A stretch of 64,000 bases of DNA from a virus, in the IMG/VR virus record IMGVR_UViG_3300045988_095964, one strand, 5' to 3'. Every line of letters starts with the position of its first letter. Position 1 is the first letter of the stretch. The translations under genes were made by a program, and so were the position numbers. Below are positions 60,494 to 64,000 of the stretch, piece by piece. The notes below the pieces were generated by a model. It was not told where the DNA came from. It did no database searches and was given only the letters and a program-made list of their open reading frames with translations.

Positions 60494-60678
60494 TGAGAAG
60501 ATTGTGCAACACTATCGCTTTTATCATCTTTTGGGTGGTAGGAGGTTTTATCGCATTCGGTGCTACGGGAGAAACATCTACCGGAATGTCCGTTTACCTC
60601 GGTGCTGTGGCGTTCGTTTGTTTTTGGCTTGGCGTTCTCTGTGCCTGCCAAGCAGTAACCAATAAAGATTTAATCTGA
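60493..60678 (+). CDS. Small membrane protein
   Basis: 61 aa with two TM segments and a TAATG overlap. Confidence 0.45.
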   Translation: MRRLCNTIAFIIFWVVGGFIAFGATGETSTGMSVYLGAVAFVCFWLGVLCACQAVTNKDLI

Positions 60679-60908
60679 TGAACTACGATTTTGACAAAAA
60701 CACGGAACGCTCGAAGTACGAGGAGCTGTACAAGAAATCTGTCGGGAGTGTTTTCTCGGTTGCCCCCGATGATTACGAGACGGTCATGGTGCGTATGCAG
60801 GAATACAAACCTGCCGGGAAACTGTTCATGGTCATGCCTGTGATGCCCGGAACGTCGCTGTTTACCGTTTATGGGTGCGATCACTGTGTGGTCACTCTTA
60901 ACAGCTAA
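60678..60908 (+). CDS. hypothetical protein
   Basis: A 76-aa ATG ORF with a TGATG overlap. Confidence 0.5.
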   Translation: MNYDFDKNTERSKYEELYKKSVGSVFSVAPDDYETVMVRMQEYKPAGKLFMVMPVMPGTSLFTVYGCDHCVVTLNS

Positions 60909-60931
60909 TGTAATCGGCTGAAAATTAGGTA

Positions 60932-60963
60932 TTTGGAACTTTCAAAATTAATTCTTATATTTG
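60932..60963 (+). promoter_or_regulatory. Class-1 phage promoter, copy P5
   Basis: tttggaactttcaaaattaattcttatatttg. The upstream ggctgaaaattaggt is shared with P1. Confidence 0.65.
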
Positions 60964-61024
60964 TTTTACACTGATACGAAAAAACAGTGGACACACCTTA
61001 TTCACAATATTAATACATTTAATT

Positions 61025-61948
61025 ATGGTAACTGGAAAAATCAATCCGACCGCTACTATTGTAGCACAGTACCCCGCTAACTGCGAGGTTGACGCAATTC
61101 AGCACGACGGCAAAATCTACCTGCCCGTTATGAACCTCGGCGAGTTTACTCCCACGTCCGGCGGTGGCAAGGACGCTCCCGCTGAAAAACCCGCCCCTGC
61201 GAAGAAACCTGTGCCGACGCCCGCTCCTGCAAAGGAGGCCGCTCCCGCCGAAACTGAAAAGGCGTACACCGAGGAGGAACTGATGGACATGGAGGTCAAG
61301 GAACTGCTCCGCATCTGCAAGGACCTCGGTATCGACCCGAACGCCACGGAGGGCAAGAATACGAACAAGAAGCTCCGCAACCTCATTCTCGACGTACAGG
61401 AAGGTGTCGCCGGGGAGGCCGCTCCTGCAAAGGAGGGTGACGATCTGCCGTTCAGTGAAAGCGATCCGCTCTACACCAAGGAAGTCGCAGAACTCTTGGA
61501 GGAGTTCGATTCCGGTTCGCTGAACGAGAAGAAAGTCATCGAGAAGATCGAAGCTCTCGCCGGGGAGAACGAGTACGACGAAAAGGCCGTCAAGGATGCG
61601 TTCCGCAAATTCGTGGACGACGATACGACTGACCTCATGGAGATCGCCCGTGAAATCGCCGCCGCACTGGCTCCCGTCGAGAAGAAATCCGCCGCTAAGA
61701 AGTCGTCGCGCCGTACCTCTACGAAAGAGGAGGAGCCTGCTTCGAAAGAACCCAAGGGCAAACTCGTTGAACCCGACGAACTGGAGGTCGGTGACCGCGT
61801 CGCCGTATGGTGGGACGACGACAATCAGGCATGGTTCACCGGTGAGGTTGCAAACATCCGCCGCGGTAAAGTGACCATCGCTTACGACGACGAGACCGAA
61901 GGTCCTATCGAGGACATCCACACCAAGATCAAACTGTTGGAGGAGTAG
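61025..61948 (+). CDS. Acidic protein with HeH/SAP-like motif and C-terminal Tudor/SH3-like domain
   Basis: EVKELLRICKDLGIDPNATEGKNTNKKLRNLI looks like Rho-N/HeH. LEVGDRVAVWWDDDNQAWFTGEVANIRRGKVTIAYDD looks Tudor-like. There are also PAPAKKPVPTPAPAKE linkers. Confidence 0.5.
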   Translation: MVTGKINPTATIVAQYPANCEVDAIQHDGKIYLPVMNLGEFTPTSGGGKDAPAEKPAPAKKPVPTPAPAKEAAPAETEKAYTEEELMDMEVKELLRICKDLGIDPNATEGKNTNKKLRNLILDVQEGVAGEAAPAKEGDDLPFSESDPLYTKEVAELLEEFDSGSLNEKKVIEKIEALAGENEYDEKAVKDAFRKFVDDDTTDLMEIAREIAAALAPVEKKSAAKKSSRRTSTKEEEPASKEPKGKLVEPDELEVGDRVAVWWDDDNQAWFTGEVANIRRGKVTIAYDDETEGPIEDIHTKIKLLEE

Positions 61949-61974
61949 TCCGCGACATCGCCAACAAATAACGA

Positions 61975-62012
61975 GGGGAACGGACTCTTAACGGAATCTG
62001 TTCCCCTTTTTT
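61975..62012 (+). terminator. Rho-independent terminator
   Basis: An 11-bp stem ggggaacgga/tctgttcccc followed by T6. Confidence 0.75.
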
Positions 62013-62032
62013 CGTATAAAACTAAAGTCGTT

Positions 62033-62470
62033 ATGCCTACCCCAAAATCATGTAACGAGGAAGCGCTTGCATTGCAGGCTCTCGAATTCGACAACAAAAA
62101 GAAGCAAATAGCCGGTCTCGAAAAAGAGGTTAAGGCTATCCGTGTTCCTCTGGAATCCGCTGTCGATACCTTGGGAAGTGTGACCCCTACCGGTAGTAAG
62201 GTGTTCGCGCTCCCCTATGCCGACAAGGAAATCCAGTTGCACAAGACCCTCCGTCTTACCTCGGTATTGGTTCCCGAAGCCGAGGACATTCTCCGCAAAA
62301 ATCATCTTACCGAATGTCTGGAAACGGTGACGATGGTACGCGAAGACGTCATCGAACGTCTCTATCAGACCGGTAAGATTCCGGTTGATCTGCTGAACAA
62401 GCTCTACGTTCAGAAAGAATCGTATGCGTTTTCCGTGAAAGTCAAGAAACGTTTCCATGAAACCGAGTAA
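62033..62470 (+). CDS. hypothetical protein (coiled-coil N-terminus)
   Basis: A 145-aa ATG ORF. Confidence 0.5.
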   Translation: MPTPKSCNEEALALQALEFDNKKKQIAGLEKEVKAIRVPLESAVDTLGSVTPTGSKVFALPYADKEIQLHKTLRLTSVLVPEAEDILRKNHLTECLETVTMVREDVIERLYQTGKIPVDLLNKLYVQKESYAFSVKVKKRFHETE

Positions 62471-62753
62471 GAAGGTGACCGTTGGCGGACAAGTTATCGA
62501 GGTTACCTCGGTATCGGGTTTTGCCTATATGGTCGGAAAATCGGTCTGCACGATCAAACGATACGAACGCCAAGAGATTCTTCCCGGTGCGGTTTTGTAC
62601 ATTGACGACGTGCGCTATTACCCGGTTAATTTCGTGCGTAAAATCGCCCCGCTGATCGCCAAAATACCGGGAAATGTCAAGTGTCCCGCTGAGTTGCGGG
62701 TTGAGTTAAATCGGTTATTCGCCGAAGAAAGGAGTAAATATGCCAGCAATTAA
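62457..62753 (+). CDS. Putative MerR/excisionase-type HTH protein
   Basis: GFAYMVGKSVCTIKRYERQEILPG. Confidence 0.4.
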   Translation: MKPSKKVTVGGQVIEVTSVSGFAYMVGKSVCTIKRYERQEILPGAVLYIDDVRYYPVNFVRKIAPLIAKIPGNVKCPAELRVELNRLFAEERSKYASN

Positions 62754-62988
62754 AAAAACCACTGACCCTGTTATGGAATTACGTGATTCCGGATGCACGG
62801 TCTACTACGAGAAATCACTCACTAAAAATATGGGTAACTACGAGAGTGCGAAAGTCACGGTCGGGGTTACTCTCCCTATCTCACCTACCAAAGAGGAAAT
62901 CGTTCAGATTAAGACCACCATCGAACAGGCCGATGCCCTCGTGACCGAGGAGCTGGAGGTTCAACTGAAAGAACTCGACGGTAAGTAA
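62740..62988 (+). CDS. hypothetical protein
   Basis: An 82-aa ATG ORF. Confidence 0.5.
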   Translation: MPAIKKTTDPVMELRDSGCTVYYEKSLTKNMGNYESAKVTVGVTLPISPTKEEIVQIKTTIEQADALVTEELEVQLKELDGK

Positions 62989-63743
62989 TGAATGGGTTAA
63001 CGAGACTTCGCAAAGAGTATGCGGTGTGCGATACCGTCGAGTTCAAGCGTCTGCTTTATTTCGCGTTACTGTCGAATGTCGTTCCCTATAAAATGGAGGG
63101 GGATGACACCAAGTATGCGGTATTCGCACATTTGCAGGATGACCTCGCCGACTTTTTCGCTTCGTGGAGCGGTGACGAGATCGACAATGCGCTGGATGCT
63201 CTTTATGAGGAAGGTCTTATCTTCTTTGACGAGGAACGACATATTTATGTCGGTGAGATTCGTGGTATGCGGTTTTTTCCGTTCGACATTAAGAACTCAC
63301 TGGCTGATGCCGCTATCGCCAAGTTACGGGAAGCGATTAAGACTTTCGAAACTCCCCGTTCGGCATTGCGCCGCAGTCGCGGCAGGTATATCGCCGAGCA
63401 GATAAATACTTTCATTGACCGGGGTATCGACAAAATGACCCCCAGCGACTTTACCACGTTTTTCACATTTCTTTATGAGATGTTCACTGGCGGTGAATCG
63501 TATCTTTTTCGAAACAAGGTCGAGTATTATCAGACCAGTAACATGTTAAAGGCATACGATAAATTCACTACCTTTGCAATACTCGTGGAGGGTGTGCTTA
63601 ACTTCTCGGCGTATCGCCGTAAGGGTGTTCCTACGCTTACGACGGTGGCTGTCATTAAGGACGATATTTTCGGTGCACTCACAAAGGGGTCCGGTAGTAA
63701 GGATTACATGCGTGACGCCGAAACTGAAAGCGATGGATTCTGA
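62988..63743 (+). CDS. hypothetical protein (possible replication organiser, by position only)
   Basis: 251 aa, immediately upstream of and overlapping a DnaC-like ATPase gene. Confidence 0.35.
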   Translation: MNGLTRLRKEYAVCDTVEFKRLLYFALLSNVVPYKMEGDDTKYAVFAHLQDDLADFFASWSGDEIDNALDALYEEGLIFFDEERHIYVGEIRGMRFFPFDIKNSLADAAIAKLREAIKTFETPRSALRRSRGRYIAEQINTFIDRGIDKMTPSDFTTFFTFLYEMFTGGESYLFRNKVEYYQTSNMLKAYDKFTTFAILVEGVLNFSAYRRKGVPTLTTVAVIKDDIFGALTKGSGSKDYMRDAETESDGF

Positions 63744-64000
63744 TGGACAAGAAACGACAATATCTTTTGGACTGCGGTATCAAGTGCGCATGGCATGACA
63801 AAACCGTAGACGAATTTACCAATGATGCCGATGCGCTGGATGCAGTTGTTCGTTATATCGAGAGAGCTGATGAAATGATCCGTAAGGGTGTCGGTCTGTA
63901 CTTATGGGGAGCCAACGGTACAGGAAAGTCCCACCTTATGAATACGGCGTTCATTACTTTCATCGAGAGGAAATATCGGTGTCGGGTGTTTTCTATGGAT
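63743..64000 (+). CDS. DnaC/IstB-like AAA+ helicase loader (5' part; runs off window)
   Basis: ATG at 63743 (TGATG overlap), with Walker A GLYLWGANGTGKSHLMNTAF. Confidence 0.7.
   Translation, partial: MDKKRQYLLDCGIKCAWHDKTVDEFTNDADALDAVVRYIERADEMIRKGVGLYLWGANGTGKSHLMNTAFITFIERKYRCRVFSMD

Noticed and set aside
61019-61921. A 300-aa minus-strand ORF mirroring the HeH/Tudor gene. Similar antisense ORFs occur at 13077-13799, 27058-27762, 37563-38336, 7047-7565 and 3922-4593.
   Set aside because: Each is the mirror of a + strand ORF that has recognisable motifs or a promoter-terminator context. Every other gene is on the + strand.
1-64000. Stop-codon reassignment (as in some Bacteroides-infecting phages), suggested by the odd tRNA set.
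   Set aside because: All large conserved genes (terL, portal, sheath, tape measure, helicase) are intact under the standard code. No suppressor anticodon (CUA/UCA/UUA) was found.
1-64000. A diversity-generating retroelement, CRISPR array, integrase/attP, or toxin-antitoxin pair.
   Set aside because: I could recognise no reverse transcriptase, no template/variable repeat pair, no regularly spaced short repeats, and no tyrosine or serine recombinase motif in any frame.

Overview
This 64-kb window is a tightly packed dsDNA phage or prophage segment. It holds about 120 ORFs, all but two on the + strand, and many are joined by ATGA/TGATG stop-start overlaps. Recurrent TTTG-N19-21-TAnnTTTG promoter boxes suggest a Bacteroidota host (inference). 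Recognisable content: (a) a contractile-tail virion module, with TerL 32807-34456, portal, scaffold, capsid, sheath 44515-46215, tube, tape measure 48216-50168 and a P2/Mu-like baseplate 50171-57084; (b) an embedded lysis cassette, with amidase at 43206-43811; (c) three tRNAs with two neighbouring structured-RNA candidates (11233-12524); (d) auxiliary genes: HD-domain alarmone-hydrolase-like, GTP cyclohydrolase I, QueD, Dps, Fe/Mn-SOD and DUF2829/Tad2-like; (e) an SF2 helicase and a DnaC-like loader. Most unusual observations: (1) A 5.4-kb tandem array of 17 small paralogous genes (16217-21640). Their products share an extreme C-terminal [FW]x[DE]LF(L) peptide on highly diverged bodies, and I know of no described system like it. 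(2) A tail-fibre tip flanked by >=56-bp perfect inverted repeats, with a start-less alternative tip on the opposite strand (1-986). This is the layout of a Mu-G/P1-C-like invertible host-range switch, but no recombinase is visible in the window. (3) An iteron-rich, C-depleted non-coding region (21734-22059). (4) Two families of near-identical phage promoters. Roughly half of the ORFs have no function I can assign. All calls are by eye, without database searches.
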